Positions 9,276 to 20,612 are shown, numbered from the stretch's first letter. The stretch is 62,812 nt of DNA from Bacteroidota bacterium (GCA_037139195.1 JBAXGW010000019.1:1-62812), one strand, 5' to 3'. The notes: generated from the sequence alone by a model not told the origin. A program made the numbers and translations.

Positions 9276-10616
9276 ATGTTAACAGCAGTTTCTCCAATTG
9301 ATGGTCGTTATGCTGACAAAACCAACGAGTTGTCGGCGTTTTTTTCTGAATATGCTCTTATTAAATATCGCGTATTTGTTGAAGTTGAATATTTTATATC
9401 ATTATGCAATATTCCATTGCCTCAACTCAATGCTTTTGATAAATCTAAATTTGACAATTTGAGAAGTATTTATCAAAATTTTTCAGTTGAAGATGCTCAA
9501 AGTGTTAAAAATATTGAAAAAGTTACTAATCATGATGTTAAAGCGGTTGAATACTTTATAAAAGATGAATTTGATAAACTTAAAATTTCCGAGTTTAAAG
9601 AGTTTATTCATTTTGGCTTAACTTCTCAAGATATTAATAATACCGCATTGCCATTAAGTTTGAAAAATGCGAATGATTGTGTAATTGTTCCTAACTTAAG
9701 CTTAATTATTAATAAATTAGAAGGATTAGCTGAAGAATGGATGCAAATACCAATGCTTGCACGAACTCATGGTCAGCCTGCTTCGCCAACCAGTTTAGGA
9801 AAGGAAGTTATGGTTTTTGTTGAACGCCTTACTAAACAAATGGTAATGCTTCAATCGGTGCCTTTTTCTGCTAAGTTTGGTGGTGCAACTGGAAATTTCA
9901 ATGCTCATTTTGTCGCATATCCAGAAGTTGATTGGGTTGATTTTGGGAATAACTTTGTAAATAAAATATTAGGTCTTTCTCGTTCTCAAATAACTACACA
10001 AATTGAACATTACGATAATCTTGCTGCATATTTTGATGCATATAAAAGAATAAATACGATACTTATTGATTTTTGTCGCGATATTTGGACTTATGTTTCA
10101 ATGGATTACTTTAAGCAGACAATTAAAAAGGGCGAAGTTGGTTCATCGGCAATGCCACATAAAGTAAATCCAATCGATTTCGAAAATGCAGAAGGCAATC
10201 TTGGTATTGCAAACGCTGTATTCGAACATCTTTCTGCAAAATTGCCAATTTCTCGCCTTCAAAGAGACTTAACCGACTCTACTGTCACAAGAAACGTAGG
10301 TGTGCCAATTGGACATTCTGTTATTGCTTGTAAATCTATATTAAAAGGAATTGATAAGCTTATTGTTAATAAGATTGCTATAGATAAAGATTTAGATAAT
10401 AATTGGGCGGTTGTGGCAGAAGCCATTCAAACTGTTTTAAGAAGCGTTGCTTATCCAAATCCTTATGAAGCGTTGAAAGAACTTACTAGAACAAATGACA
10501 AAGTAAATCAGAATTCAATCGCTGTTTTTATTGACTCATTAAATATTGATGATCAATTAAAAGTGAGATTAAAACATATTACTCCATTTAATTATACTGG
10601 CATTCTTCCAAAATAA
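9276..10616 (+). CDS. purB: Adenylosuccinate lyase
   Basis: LTAVSPIDGRYADK N-terminus and the fumarate-lyase signature region (GSSAMPHKVNP). Confidence 0.9.
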   Translation: MLTAVSPIDGRYADKTNELSAFFSEYALIKYRVFVEVEYFISLCNIPLPQLNAFDKSKFDNLRSIYQNFSVEDAQSVKNIEKVTNHDVKAVEYFIKDEFDKLKISEFKEFIHFGLTSQDINNTALPLSLKNANDCVIVPNLSLIINKLEGLAEEWMQIPMLARTHGQPASPTSLGKEVMVFVERLTKQMVMLQSVPFSAKFGGATGNFNAHFVAYPEVDWVDFGNNFVNKILGLSRSQITTQIEHYDNLAAYFDAYKRINTILIDFCRDIWTYVSMDYFKQTIKKGEVGSSAMPHKVNPIDFENAEGNLGIANAVFEHLSAKLPISRLQRDLTDSTVTRNVGVPIGHSVIACKSILKGIDKLIVNKIAIDKDLDNNWAVVAEAIQTVLRSVAYPNPYEALKELTRTNDKVNQNSIAVFIDSLNIDDQLKVRLKHITPFNYTGILPK

Positions 10617-11485
10617 TGAAAGTTAGTGGTTTTACATTTATAAGAAATGCGGTAAAATTCGATTATCCTATAGTTGAAGCAATTACTTCTATTTTGCCAA
10701 TATGCGATGAATTTATTGTAGCTGTAGGTAACTCAGAAGATTCAACTAAGCAGTTGATTGAAAATATTGGGTCAGATAAAATAAAAATAATTGAAACTGT
10801 TTGGGACGAGTCGCTTCGTGAAGGAGGTAGAGTTCTTGCCGTTGAAACAGACAAAGCTTTTGCTCATATTTCGAGCGATTCCGACTGGGCATTTTATATT
10901 CAGGGCGATGAAGTTGTACATGAAAAATACTTGGATTCTATAAAAGAAGCAATGCTAAAATATAAAGACGACAAAAAAGTTGAAGGTTTACTTTTAAAGT
11001 ACAAGCATTTTTATGGTTCTTACAGTTTCATTGGCGACTCAAGAAGATGGTATCGTCGTGAGGTTAGAATTGTTAGAAACGATAAACGTGTAAAATCATA
11101 TAGAGATGCTCAGGGTTTCCGATTTGATAAACGTTTAATTCGCGTTAAATCTATAGATGCGTATATGTATCATTATGGATGGGTTAAACCTCCTGAATTT
11201 CAACAAGCTAAACAAGAGTTTTTTCATAAATTATGGCACAACGACAGCTGGGTGGAAAAAAACATTGTCAAAGCCGACAAATTTGATTACTCAACCATCG
11301 ACTCAATTGCTCATTTTGTCGAAAATCACCCTTTAGTTATGAAAAAAAGAGTTGATAATAATAATTGGCAATTTGATTTCGACCCCACTATAAAAAGGTT
11401 TTCGTTCAAAAATCGTATACTTCAAGCTGTTGAAAAAAAAACAGGATGGAGAATTGGAGAGTATAAAAATTTCAAATTGATTTAG
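10616..11485 (+). CDS. Hypothetical protein, possibly glycosyltransferase-like
   Basis: 289 aa with no TM segments. The start overlaps the purB stop (ATGA). The fold assignment is weak. Confidence 0.3.
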   Translation: MKVSGFTFIRNAVKFDYPIVEAITSILPICDEFIVAVGNSEDSTKQLIENIGSDKIKIIETVWDESLREGGRVLAVETDKAFAHISSDSDWAFYIQGDEVVHEKYLDSIKEAMLKYKDDKKVEGLLLKYKHFYGSYSFIGDSRRWYRREVRIVRNDKRVKSYRDAQGFRFDKRLIRVKSIDAYMYHYGWVKPPEFQQAKQEFFHKLWHNDSWVEKNIVKADKFDYSTIDSIAHFVENHPLVMKKRVDNNNWQFDFDPTIKRFSFKNRILQAVEKKTGWRIGEYKNFKLI

Positions 11486-11529
11486 TATCTTTGCACTTCA
11501 GAAAAACAATTGTAAAATAAAAATAACGT

Positions 11530-12066
11530 ATGGATTTTTCTCATTTTTTTACTATTTCCGGAAAACCCGGATTATTTAAGTTTGTTGGTCAGTTAAAAAG
11601 CGGAATCATTGTTGAATCGTTAATTGATAAAAAACGTTTACCTGCATACAATAATCAAAAAATAGTTTCTTTAGAAGATATTAGTGTTTTTATGGTTGAA
11701 GAAGATTTGCCACTAAAAGACGTGATGAAGAAGATTTACGAAAAAAATGAAGGTAAAAAAGTTGCTTTGGATACAAAAACCGACAAAAATGTTTTATTCC
11801 TTTTGTTTGGTGAAATAATGCCAAATTTTGATCAAGAAAGAGTTTATCCTTCTGATATCAAGAAAATATATCAATGGTACAATCAACTTGTTGAACACGA
11901 TTTGATAAGTTTTACTGATGAAGTTGCTCCAATTGAAGAAGTTGCAGAAGAGCCTAAAGCGCCAAAAAAGACTTCGACAAAAAAGGAAGCAAAAATTGAA
12001 ATTCCTGAAGAAACAGAAACTAAAAAGAAAACTACGAAGAAAGCTTCGACAAAAAAAGATATTTAA
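11530..12066 (+). CDS. DUF5606-like protein with a lysine-rich histone-H1-like C-terminal tail
   Basis: Conserved Bacteroidota-type N-terminal domain (FFTISGKPGLFKFVGQ). C-terminal KAPKKTSTKKEAK...KKKTTKKASTKKDI low-complexity basic tail. Confidence 0.45.
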   Translation: MDFSHFFTISGKPGLFKFVGQLKSGIIVESLIDKKRLPAYNNQKIVSLEDISVFMVEEDLPLKDVMKKIYEKNEGKKVALDTKTDKNVLFLLFGEIMPNFDQERVYPSDIKKIYQWYNQLVEHDLISFTDEVAPIEEVAEEPKAPKKTSTKKEAKIEIPEETETKKKTTKKASTKKDI

Positions 12067-12077
12067 TTAATATGATG

Positions 12078-12106
12078 AAGCCCTCTTATTTGAGGGCTTT
12101 TTTGTA
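12078..12106 (+). terminator. Rho-independent terminator
   Basis: agccctc-ttattt-gagggct followed by tttttt. Confidence 0.65.
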
Positions 12107-12123
12107 AATCTAATTTTCACATC

Positions 12124-13161
12124 ATGTACAAATCAATAATTCGTCCAATTCTATTTAAGTTTCAGCCAGAAACAATACATCATTTTATTGTTGATGGAAT
12201 GAAAATATTTTTCAAAATTCCTGGAATTAGTTCTTTAACTAGATGTTTCCTAAAAGTTGAAGATAAAAGATTGAATAAAACTGTTTTCGGAATTGATTTT
12301 CCTAATCCAGTTGGCTTCGCTGCAGGCTTTGATAAAAATGCAGAAGTATTTAACCATTTAAGAAATTTTGGATTTGGCTTTGTTGAAATAGGTACAGTTA
12401 CTCCAAAACCTCAGAGCGGAAATCCGAAACCACGCTGTTTTAGAATTGTTGAAGACGAAGGTATAATAAATAGAATGGGTTTTAACAACGAAGGTGTAGA
12501 TGCCGCAGTAGCAAGAATTAGAAAACAAAATAATAAAGTAATAATTGGTGGAAATATTGGCAAAAATACTGCTACCGCCAATGAAAATGCTCTAGCCGAT
12601 TATGAATATTGCTTCGAAGCTTTATATGATTATGTTGATTATTTCGTGATAAACGTAAGTTGCCCAAATGTTAAAGACCTTAGAAAATTACAAGATACCG
12701 AATCATTGTCTGCAATAATATCTTCATTAACTGGCAGAAGAGCAAACAAAAGTGTTTATAAACCCATTCTTATGAAAATTTCGCCAGATTTAACTCAAGT
12801 TATGCTTGATGAAACGATTGAATTAGTTATGAAATCGGGTTTAGATGGTTTTGTAGCTACCAATACATCCACAAGTCGCGAAGGTTTAAAAACTAATAAG
12901 GAGCGAATTGAAGAAATAGCAAATGGAGGTTTGAGTGGCATGCCAATAAAAAATCGTTCCACAGAAATAATTCGATATATTGCAAATAAAACAAATAAAT
13001 CAATTCCAATTATTGGAGTTGGGGGAATTCATACTCCAAATGACGCAATTGAGAAACTAGAAGCTGGGGCCTCGCTAATTCAAGTATATACCGGATTTAT
13101 TTTTGAAGGTCCTGGTTTAGTGAAAAAAATAAATAAAGAAATTTTAAAGAGGCATATTTAA
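12124..13161 (+). CDS. pyrD: Dihydroorotate dehydrogenase (quinone), class 2
   Basis: [25 protein letters not shown] and GFNN(E)G motifs. Membrane-associated N-terminus. Confidence 0.9.
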   Translation: MYKSIIRPILFKFQPETIHHFIVDGMKIFFKIPGISSLTRCFLKVEDKRLNKTVFGIDFPNPVGFAAGFDKNAEVFNHLRNFGFGFVEIGTVTPKPQSGNPKPRCFRIVEDEGIINRMGFNNEGVDAAVARIRKQNNKVIIGGNIGKNTATANENALADYEYCFEALYDYVDYFVINVSCPNVKDLRKLQDTESLSAIISSLTGRRANKSVYKPILMKISPDLTQVMLDETIELVMKSGLDGFVATNTSTSREGLKTNKERIEEIANGGLSGMPIKNRSTEIIRYIANKTNKSIPIIGVGGIHTPNDAIEKLEAGASLIQVYTGFIFEGPGLVKKINKEILKRHI

Positions 13162-13182
13162 CAATTTGCCTCTTTTTTTTAT
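13147..13182 (+). terminator. Rho-independent terminator overlapping the pyrD stop
   Basis: aaagaggca ... tgcctcttt followed by a T8 run. Confidence 0.55.
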
Positions 13183-13213
13183 GTTTTCAAAAACAGTAAG
13201 TCATAATTAATAA

Positions 13214-14269
13214 TTGAAAATGAAGTTAATTCTAGAAGACCAAACTGAAATTCAAGGTGTTTCATTCGGAGCCGAAACGTCAATTGCCGGGGAAGTTGTT
13301 TTTAATACAGCCATGACCGGATATCCAGAAAGTTTAACCGACCCATCTTACAAAGGACAAATTTTAGTTCTAACATACCCGTTAGTAGGAAATTACGGTG
13401 TTCCAAACTATGAAATCGAAAATAATATGTTGAAATATTTTGAATCAGATAAAATCCAAATATCTGGTTTAATAATTTCTGATTATTCGTTCGAAAATAG
13501 TCATTGGAATTCGAAAATGAGCCTAACTGAATGGCTCAAAGAACATAATATTCCTGCAATGTACGGAGTTGATACTCGAAAATTGACTAAATTTCTTAGA
13601 GAAAAAGGCTCAATGAAAGGAAAGTTAATCCATACGGAAGATGTAGATTTTTACGATCCAGGAAATGATAATCTTGTAGCTCAAGTTAGTACAACTGAGA
13701 AAATCATTTATGGAAATGGAAAACATAAAATCATGTTAATCGATTGTGGCGTTAAATATAATATTATCAGACATTTATTAAAGCGCGACACAACTGTCAT
13801 AAGAGTTCCTTGGGATTATAATTTTACAAATGAAGAATACGATGCACTTTTTATTTCTAATGGACCAGGCGACCCAAAAAAATGCGATATCACAATTAAT
13901 AATTTGAAAAAAGCTTTCACTCAAGACAAACCAATTTTTGGGATTTGCTTGGGAAATCAGTTGATGTGCCTTGCTTCTGGCGGTGACACTTACAAACTTA
14001 AATACGGACATAGAAGTCATAATCAGCCAGTTCTGCATGTTGGAACTGAAAGATGTTATATTACATCTCAAAATCACGGCTACGCGACTGATAGCAACAG
14101 CCTATCTGCCGACTGGAAACCTTTATTTATAAACGCCAACGACCAAACTAACGAAGGTATTTACCACGTTTCTAAACCATTTTTCTCAACTCAGTTTCAT
14201 CCAGAAGCTTCGAGCGGTCCAACAGACACAGATTTCTTATTTGACAAATTTATAAATCTTATTAAATAA
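13214..14269 (+). CDS. carA: Carbamoyl-phosphate synthase small (glutaminase) subunit
   Basis: LILEDQTEIQGVSFGA N-terminus. GATase catalytic triad region (GICLGNQ...HNQP...FHPE). Confidence 0.9.
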   Translation: MKMKLILEDQTEIQGVSFGAETSIAGEVVFNTAMTGYPESLTDPSYKGQILVLTYPLVGNYGVPNYEIENNMLKYFESDKIQISGLIISDYSFENSHWNSKMSLTEWLKEHNIPAMYGVDTRKLTKFLREKGSMKGKLIHTEDVDFYDPGNDNLVAQVSTTEKIIYGNGKHKIMLIDCGVKYNIIRHLLKRDTTVIRVPWDYNFTNEEYDALFISNGPGDPKKCDITINNLKKAFTQDKPIFGICLGNQLMCLASGGDTYKLKYGHRSHNQPVLHVGTERCYITSQNHGYATDSNSLSADWKPLFINANDQTNEGIYHVSKPFFSTQFHPEASSGPTDTDFLFDKFINLIK

Positions 14270-17200
14270 TGAAGAAAGTATTAATAATAGGCTCAGGAGC
14301 TCTTAAAATTGGAGAGGCTGGCGAATTCGATTATTCTGGTTCACAAGCATTAAAAGCATTAAAGGAAGAAGGAATATACACAATTCTTATTAATCCAAAT
14401 ATTGCAACCGTTCAAACATCGGAAGGCATTGCAGATAAGATTTATTTCTTGCCAATTACAAAACATTTTGTTGAACAAGTTATTATCAAAGAGAAGCCTG
14501 AAGGAATTTTACTAGCTTTTGGTGGACAAACTGCTCTTAACTGCGGAATAGAACTTTACAAATCAGGCATTTTAGAAAAATATAATCTCAAAGTGCTTGG
14601 CACTCCAATTCAAGCAATTATGGATACGGAAGACCGTGATTTATTTGTAAAGAAACTTGCAGAAATTGATGTAAATACAATAAAAAGCGAGGCAGTTACC
14701 AACTTCGAAGATGCAAAAAAAGCTGCAAATAACTTAGGTTATCCTTTGATTATTCGCGCTGCATATACGCTTGGCGGACAAGGAAGTGGCTTCTGCAATA
14801 ATGACCAAGAATTGGAAGTTCTTTGCAATAAAGCTTTCTCCTATTCAAATCAGGTTTTGGTTGAAAAATCTTTAAAAGGCTGGAAAGAAGTTGAATACGA
14901 AGTAGTACGCGACCGTTTCGACAATTGCATTACAGTTTGTAACATGGAAAACTTCGACCCACTAGGAATTCATACCGGCGAAAGCATCGTAGTTGCTCCT
15001 TCTCAAACACTTACAAACTCCGAATATCATAAACTACGAGAAATTGCAATAAAAATTGTTCGTCATATTGGAATTGTTGGAGAATGCAACGTTCAATATG
15101 CACTCGACCCAAATTCTGAAGATTATCGAGTAATTGAAGTTAATGCTCGCCTTTCTCGTTCTTCAGCTTTGGCTTCTAAAGCAACGGGTTATCCTTTGGC
15201 TTTTGTGGCTGCAAAATTGGGTCTTGGATATAGCTTGCACGAATTGAAAAATTCGGTAACAAAAACCACAACGGCTTGTTTTGAGCCAGCTTTAGATTAT
15301 GTAGTTTGTAAAATCCCACGTTGGGACTTAGGGAAATTCAAAGGCGTTTCGAAAGAACTTGGCAGTTCGATGAAGAGCGTTGGCGAAGTTATGGCAATTG
15401 GACGAACTTTTGAAGAAGCCATTCAAAAAGGCTTAAGAATGATTGGACAAGGAATGCATGGATTTGTTGGCAATAAAGACCTTGAATTCAATGATTTAGA
15501 ACAAGTAGAAAAAGAATTGAGCACACCAACCGACATGCGTGTTTTTGTAATTGCCGAAGCTTTACACAAAGGCTTTTCAATTGATAAGATTCACGATTTA
15601 ACAAAGATTGACAAATGGTTTTTATATAAACTAAAGAGCATATATGATATTCGCCAAAACATCACAAGCTTTGATTGTATTGAAAACCTGCCATTAGATT
15701 TATTGAAAACTTCTAAAAAATCTGGTTATTCCGATTTTCAAATTGCGAAATTACTTTTAAAAGACGATGGTGATGTATCGGATTATGCTCAAAAGATTAG
15801 AGATTTTAGAAAATCAAAAAATATTATTCCTTACGTTAAGCAAATAGATACGCTTGCAGCAGAATACCCAGCACAAACCAACTATTTATACTTGACTTAT
15901 AATGGCGATGAGCACGATATTCAGTTCGAAAAAGATCAAAAATCAGTAATTGTTTTAGGCTCAGGAGCTTATCGAATTGGAAGCAGTGTTGAATTTGATT
16001 GGTGCTGTGTAAATGCGCTTCAAACCTTGACAAAAGAAGGTTATCGCTCAATAATGATTAATTACAATCCAGAAACGGTAAGTACTGATTACGACATTTG
16101 CGATAGACTTTATTTTGACGAGTTGACTTATGAGAGAGTGATGGATATTATTGATAATGAGATTCCAAAAGGCGTAATTGTTTCAACAGGTGGACAAATT
16201 CCAAATAATCTTGCAATGAGATTATCGGAAGCTGATGTAAATATTTTGGGAACTTCGCCAAACTCAATAGATAACGCAGAAGATAGACACAAATTCTCTT
16301 CAATGCTTGACCGAATCAATGTCGACCAGCCTCGTTGGAAGGAATTAATTACCATTGAAGACATTTTTCAATTTGCAGACGAGGTAGGCTTCCCTCTGCT
16401 AATTCGTCCTTCTTATGTGTTATCGGGCGCAGCAATGAATGTGGTTTCTAACAAAACAGAATTAACACATTTCTTGAAATTAGCTTCAAATATTTCGAAA
16501 AAATATCCTGTTGTAGTTTCAGAATTTATTGAAAATGCAAAGGAAATTGAAATTGATGCAGTAGCCGAAAATGGAGAAATTATTGCTTATGCAATCTCCG
16601 AACACGTCGAGTTTGCCGGAGTTCACTCTGGTGATGCTACTATTGTTCTTCCTCCACAAAAAATCTATATCGAAACAATCAGAAGAATCAAGAAAATTTC
16701 AAAGAAGATTGCCAAAGAACTTAATATTTCAGGACCTTTCAACATTCAATATCTTGCAAAAGACAATGATATCAAAGTTATTGAATGTAATTTAAGAGCA
16801 TCTAGAAGCTTCCCATTTGTTTCTAAAGTACTGAAGATTAATTTCATAGAGCTGGCAACAAAGATTATGCTTGGACTAAAAGTTGAAAAGCCCGAAAAAA
16901 CCATGTTCGATTTGGATTACGTGGGCGTTAAAGCTTCTCAATTTTCATTTTCTCGCTTGCAAAAATCCGACCCAGTTTTAGGAGTTGAAATGCATTCAAC
17001 TGGCGAAGTCGGCTGTATTGGCGACGATTATTACGAAGCAATATTAAAAGCGATGATGTCTGTTGGTTATACAATTCCGAAAAAAGGAATTTTAATGTCA
17101 ACTGGCGAAACACGCTCAAAAATTGAGCTTTTGAATAGCGCAAGAATACTAAGAGAAAAGGGATATAAAATTTATGCAACCAGAGGAACTTATAACTTCT

Positions 17201-17481
17201 TAAAAGACAATAGTATTGAATCTACAATGGTTTTCTGGCCCGATGAAAAGAAAGAGCCCAATGTACTAAGCTGTTTGAAAGAAAGAAAAGTTGATTTTGT
17301 TATAAATATTCCAAAGAATTTATCGCCAGATGAACTTTATAACGACTATGAAATACGCCGTAATTCAATTGATTTCAATATTCCACTTATTACAAATGCT
17401 AGATTGGCTAGTGCTTTCATATATGGAATTAGCAAATATAGTTTAGCTGATTTGAGTATTACTAGTTGGGATGAATATTAA
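14269..17481 (+). CDS. carB: Carbamoyl-phosphate synthase large subunit
   Basis: 1070 aa with duplicated ATP-grasp halves (KVLIIGSGALKIGEAGEFDYSG and VIVLGSGAYRIGSSVEFDWC) and a C-terminal MGS-like domain. Confidence 0.95.
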   Translation: MKKVLIIGSGALKIGEAGEFDYSGSQALKALKEEGIYTILINPNIATVQTSEGIADKIYFLPITKHFVEQVIIKEKPEGILLAFGGQTALNCGIELYKSGILEKYNLKVLGTPIQAIMDTEDRDLFVKKLAEIDVNTIKSEAVTNFEDAKKAANNLGYPLIIRAAYTLGGQGSGFCNNDQELEVLCNKAFSYSNQVLVEKSLKGWKEVEYEVVRDRFDNCITVCNMENFDPLGIHTGESIVVAPSQTLTNSEYHKLREIAIKIVRHIGIVGECNVQYALDPNSEDYRVIEVNARLSRSSALASKATGYPLAFVAAKLGLGYSLHELKNSVTKTTTACFEPALDYVVCKIPRWDLGKFKGVSKELGSSMKSVGEVMAIGRTFEEAIQKGLRMIGQGMHGFVGNKDLEFNDLEQVEKELSTPTDMRVFVIAEALHKGFSIDKIHDLTKIDKWFLYKLKSIYDIRQNITSFDCIENLPLDLLKTSKKSGYSDFQIAKLLLKDDGDVSDYAQKIRDFRKSKNIIPYVKQIDTLAAEYPAQTNYLYLTYNGDEHDIQFEKDQKSVIVLGSGAYRIGSSVEFDWCCVNALQTLTKEGYRSIMINYNPETVSTDYDICDRLYFDELTYERVMDIIDNEIPKGVIVSTGGQIPNNLAMRLSEADVNILGTSPNSIDNAEDRHKFSSMLDRINVDQPRWKELITIEDIFQFADEVGFPLLIRPSYVLSGAAMNVVSNKTELTHFLKLASNISKKYPVVVSEFIENAKEIEIDAVAENGEIIAYAISEHVEFAGVHSGDATIVLPPQKIYIETIRRIKKISKKIAKELNISGPFNIQYLAKDNDIKVIECNLRASRSFPFVSKVLKINFIELATKIMLGLKVEKPEKTMFDLDYVGVKASQFSFSRLQKSDPVLGVEMHSTGEVGCIGDDYYEAILKAMMSVGYTIPKKGILMSTGETRSKIELLNSARILREKGYKIYATRGTYNFLKDNSIESTMVFWPDEKKEPNVLSCLKERKVDFVINIPKNLSPDELYNDYEIRRNSIDFNIPLITNARLASAFIYGISKYSLADLSITSWDEY

Positions 17482-17487
17482 TCTCAA

Positions 17488-18522
17488 CTACTTTTCGCAA
17501 GTATAGTTTCTCCATTTATCCAGCGCCATTGCCATATCTTCAGGTAAATCGGAGTCGAAAAACATATATTCGCCAGTTCTTGGATGTTCAAAACCAAGCG
17601 ATTTTGCATGCAATGCTTGACGTGGCAAAATGTTAAAACAATTATTTGCAAATTGCTTATATTTTGTAAATGTGGTGCCTTTTAAAATAATATCTCCGCC
17701 GTATTCTTTATCATTAAATATTGGGTGCCCAATATGTTTCATGTGAACCCTTATTTGATGCGTCCTGCCTGTTTCTAACTTGCATTCAACAAGCGAAACA
17801 TAACGAAGATGTTCAATTACTTTATAATGCGTAACTGCATGTTTTCCTAATTCACCATCAGGAAAAACGCCCATTATTTTTCTGTCTTTTAGGCTGCGAC
17901 CAATATTTCCGGTGATTGTTCCATTTTCTTCTTCAAAGTCGCCCCAAACGAGTGCAACATATTTTCTGTCGATATTTCTATCAAAAAATTTCTTCGACAT
18001 TTTAGCCATCGAGAATTCATTTTTTGCCATCACCATTATCCCTGATGTATCTTTATCGATTCGATGCACTAAGCCTGGACGAATATCGCTGTCTTTTGCG
18101 TGGGGCAATTGGTTGAAATGAAAGAGCACCGCATTAACAAGTGTTCCGGTATAATTGCCATAAGCAGGATGAACTACTATGCCTGGTTTTTTGTTAATAA
18201 TTATAATATCCTCATCTTCATAAACTATATCGATGGGAATATTTTCGGGAATAAGCTCAATTTCTCTGGGCGGATAAGCCAGTACAACACTAATAACATC
18301 GCATGGTTTAACTCTGTAGTTTGGTTTTACAGGTTTATCATTAACCAAAATATTGCCTGCATCTGCTGCCGACTGTACTTTATTTCGAGATGTATTTTCT
18401 AAACGGAGTGTTAAAAACTTGTCAATTCTTAAAAGTCCTTGACCTTTATCTACAATTATTCGGTGGTGTTCAAATAATTCGTCTTGTTCTTCTGATTTGT
18501 TTTGATCAATGTCTTCAGTCAT
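17488..18522 (-). CDS. rluD: RluA/RluD-family 23S rRNA pseudouridine synthase
   Basis: N-terminal S4 domain and the HRLDKDTSG catalytic motif (HRIDKDTSGIMV). Confidence 0.8.
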   Translation of the reverse strand: MTEDIDQNKSEEQDELFEHHRIIVDKGQGLLRIDKFLTLRLENTSRNKVQSAADAGNILVNDKPVKPNYRVKPCDVISVVLAYPPREIELIPENIPIDIVYEDEDIIIINKKPGIVVHPAYGNYTGTLVNAVLFHFNQLPHAKDSDIRPGLVHRIDKDTSGIMVMAKNEFSMAKMSKKFFDRNIDRKYVALVWGDFEEENGTITGNIGRSLKDRKIMGVFPDGELGKHAVTHYKVIEHLRYVSLVECKLETGRTHQIRVHMKHIGHPIFNDKEYGGDIILKGTTFTKYKQFANNCFNILPRQALHAKSLGFEHPRTGEYMFFDSDLPEDMAMALDKWRNYTCEK

Positions 18523-20493
18523 TTATCGGATAATAATTAATTTTTCTTTCTTAATAAGGATCGAATTTTCCTTAACTACTACTAAATAATATCCAGGATT
18601 AATAGATGAAATATCAATTTTATTTATTCCTTTTTCTGTTAATATTGTTCTTCCAGAAAGGTCGATAATATCAATGCTTGTGTTATCTATATTATCTGAT
18701 TTTATATTTAATATTTCATTAGCTGGATTTGGATATATAGATATATTGTCTTTTTTATTGTCTGAAATGCCAACACCTATAGGTACTCTATTTCCTACAA
18801 CCGGACGAATCATTAAAGCTCCTTTGTTTAAAGAGTTCATCCATGTTCCATTGATATTATATTTTAGTAAGTCGTTACCCGTACTGCTATTCCAGCCAGA
18901 TTCGGAGTTTTTGTCAAATCCAATATTTAAATTATCGGTGGAAGCTTGCATTATACCTACATAAAAATCGCCATTTACTACAATATTTGAATCGCTCAAT
19001 CGATAAAAACGATATTGGTTTAAGCTATCGGTATATTTTGGCAAATAGCCCGACTCTTGATAGATTATTTGTTCAGGGCTTAAGCTGCTCCAAACCGTAA
19101 GATAAAAGTATTTTACATTTGCATTATTAAAAACTTGATTAAAGAAAATATCAACGCCTCTTAATGTGTCTGCTTTTCTAGCATTAAATTTATAGGCAAT
19201 TTTCCCAAATTTTACGTTTAAACCATAGCCTAATTCAGCAGTGCCATCGTCGTAAGCATAGTAATTATCAAATTTTTGAATAAATCGAGTTGTGTCATTT
19301 ACTCTATTAAAGTCGGGGGTGGTGTTTACAGATGTTATAACTTCAAATGATGCTTTTTCAGTAGTATTTGAAGCAAAAGAATATGCCAGCGAAGGCGAAA
19401 AATCAATAGTTTCAAAGGGTAAAAGATTTAAATTACCTCCAGTATAGTAGTATGGAGTACCTGTTCCTTCAAGGTCGTTGATAAAAAATTCGCGTTTCAC
19501 ATTTTTTGTATCGCCTCCTAAATTTGAATAAGGTGTTGTTAACGAAGTTTTCATTTCATTTGTTGGATTAACCAAGAAGTGAGACCAAGGCATACTTTGG
19601 TATGTGCTTAAAATGCTCGTTTGCGGTTTTGTTATTGCTACATCATCAATAATGGTATCGTTTATAGTACGTCCTTTATTTAAATATACGTAATCAATAT
19701 TCCATTGGTCGGAATTTGCTCCCCAGCTCGACTGTTGGGTGTTTGCAATGCTAGCGTAATTTTTAAACCTAAACTGAAAATCTTTTCTTAAATAGGCGTT
19801 ATCCAGTATGGGAACCATTACATGAAGAAAATCTTTTCCATACTGGGCTTTAAAATTGGCATAGCTTATTCCTTTGTGAGACCAAGCACTTACCCATCTA
19901 TCAAAAATTATGGTATCTGCAACAATTGCCTGTGTTGTGTCGGCTTCAATATAAATAGTATCTGGTGGAAACGATAGAAATTCTAAAACCAAAGAGTCTC
20001 CTGGATCGGGATTATTTGCTATTCCTTGAGGTTGAAAAAAGAAACTAAAATATAGCGAATCGCCAAGGGTTATTTTACTTGGAATTCCGGTTAGGGTTGA
20101 ATCTAAACGAATTAAGCGTGAAGTTAATTTGTCGGCAACAAAAGGGCTTGTAGATGCGTTGGTGTAATGAGCTCCATATTTATCTATTGCATCAAATGTA
20201 GCAACGCCAATAGTTGGTGGATTAACTGGATATGTATTGTTTACAAATGCGGAGCTGTCGATCCAATGCGATAGGCTAGGATAGACGCTATTTGAAGAAA
20301 AATCGTCGAAAAACGGTAGCTTTATGGGTACAGTTATATCTATATTTGACTTCTGGTGAGGCGCATTTTTTAAATTTATAAGTGTTGAATTATAACCCAA
20401 AGGGCATAGCTGCTCTTGTGATTTTGCAGTTGTTGCCGATAAAATAATAGCAACCGTAAATAACGAAATTATTATATATTTTGCTCTGTTCAT
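18523..20493 (-). CDS. Secreted protein of unknown function with a T9SS C-terminal sorting domain
   Basis: Signal peptide. C-terminal ...ISIYPNPANEILNIK...GYYLVVVKEN Por_Secre_tail. Its start is adjacent to the rluD stop. Confidence 0.55.
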   Translation of the reverse strand: MNRAKYIIISLFTVAIILSATTAKSQEQLCPLGYNSTLINLKNAPHQKSNIDITVPIKLPFFDDFSSNSVYPSLSHWIDSSAFVNNTYPVNPPTIGVATFDAIDKYGAHYTNASTSPFVADKLTSRLIRLDSTLTGIPSKITLGDSLYFSFFFQPQGIANNPDPGDSLVLEFLSFPPDTIYIEADTTQAIVADTIIFDRWVSAWSHKGISYANFKAQYGKDFLHVMVPILDNAYLRKDFQFRFKNYASIANTQQSSWGANSDQWNIDYVYLNKGRTINDTIIDDVAITKPQTSILSTYQSMPWSHFLVNPTNEMKTSLTTPYSNLGGDTKNVKREFFINDLEGTGTPYYYTGGNLNLLPFETIDFSPSLAYSFASNTTEKASFEVITSVNTTPDFNRVNDTTRFIQKFDNYYAYDDGTAELGYGLNVKFGKIAYKFNARKADTLRGVDIFFNQVFNNANVKYFYLTVWSSLSPEQIIYQESGYLPKYTDSLNQYRFYRLSDSNIVVNGDFYVGIMQASTDNLNIGFDKNSESGWNSSTGNDLLKYNINGTWMNSLNKGALMIRPVVGNRVPIGVGISDNKKDNISIYPNPANEILNIKSDNIDNTSIDIIDLSGRTILTEKGINKIDISSINPGYYLVVVKENSILIKKEKLIIIR

Positions 20494-20518
20494 TTTACTA
20501 ATTTTTGAATACCATTAA

Positions 20519-20612
20519 TTCCGCAAGCTATTTTTTATTCCCTTGATAGACTTCGACTCCGCTTAGTCTGCGGTCTCTCTGAGCGTAGTCGAAGAGTATT
20601 TATTATTAATCA
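20519..20612 (+). repeat. REP-like intergenic repeat, family 2, copy 1
   Basis: About 90% identical over ~95 bp to 21270-21370, in the same orientation. Contains an internal inverted repeat (cttcgact...agtcgaag). Confidence 0.7.
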
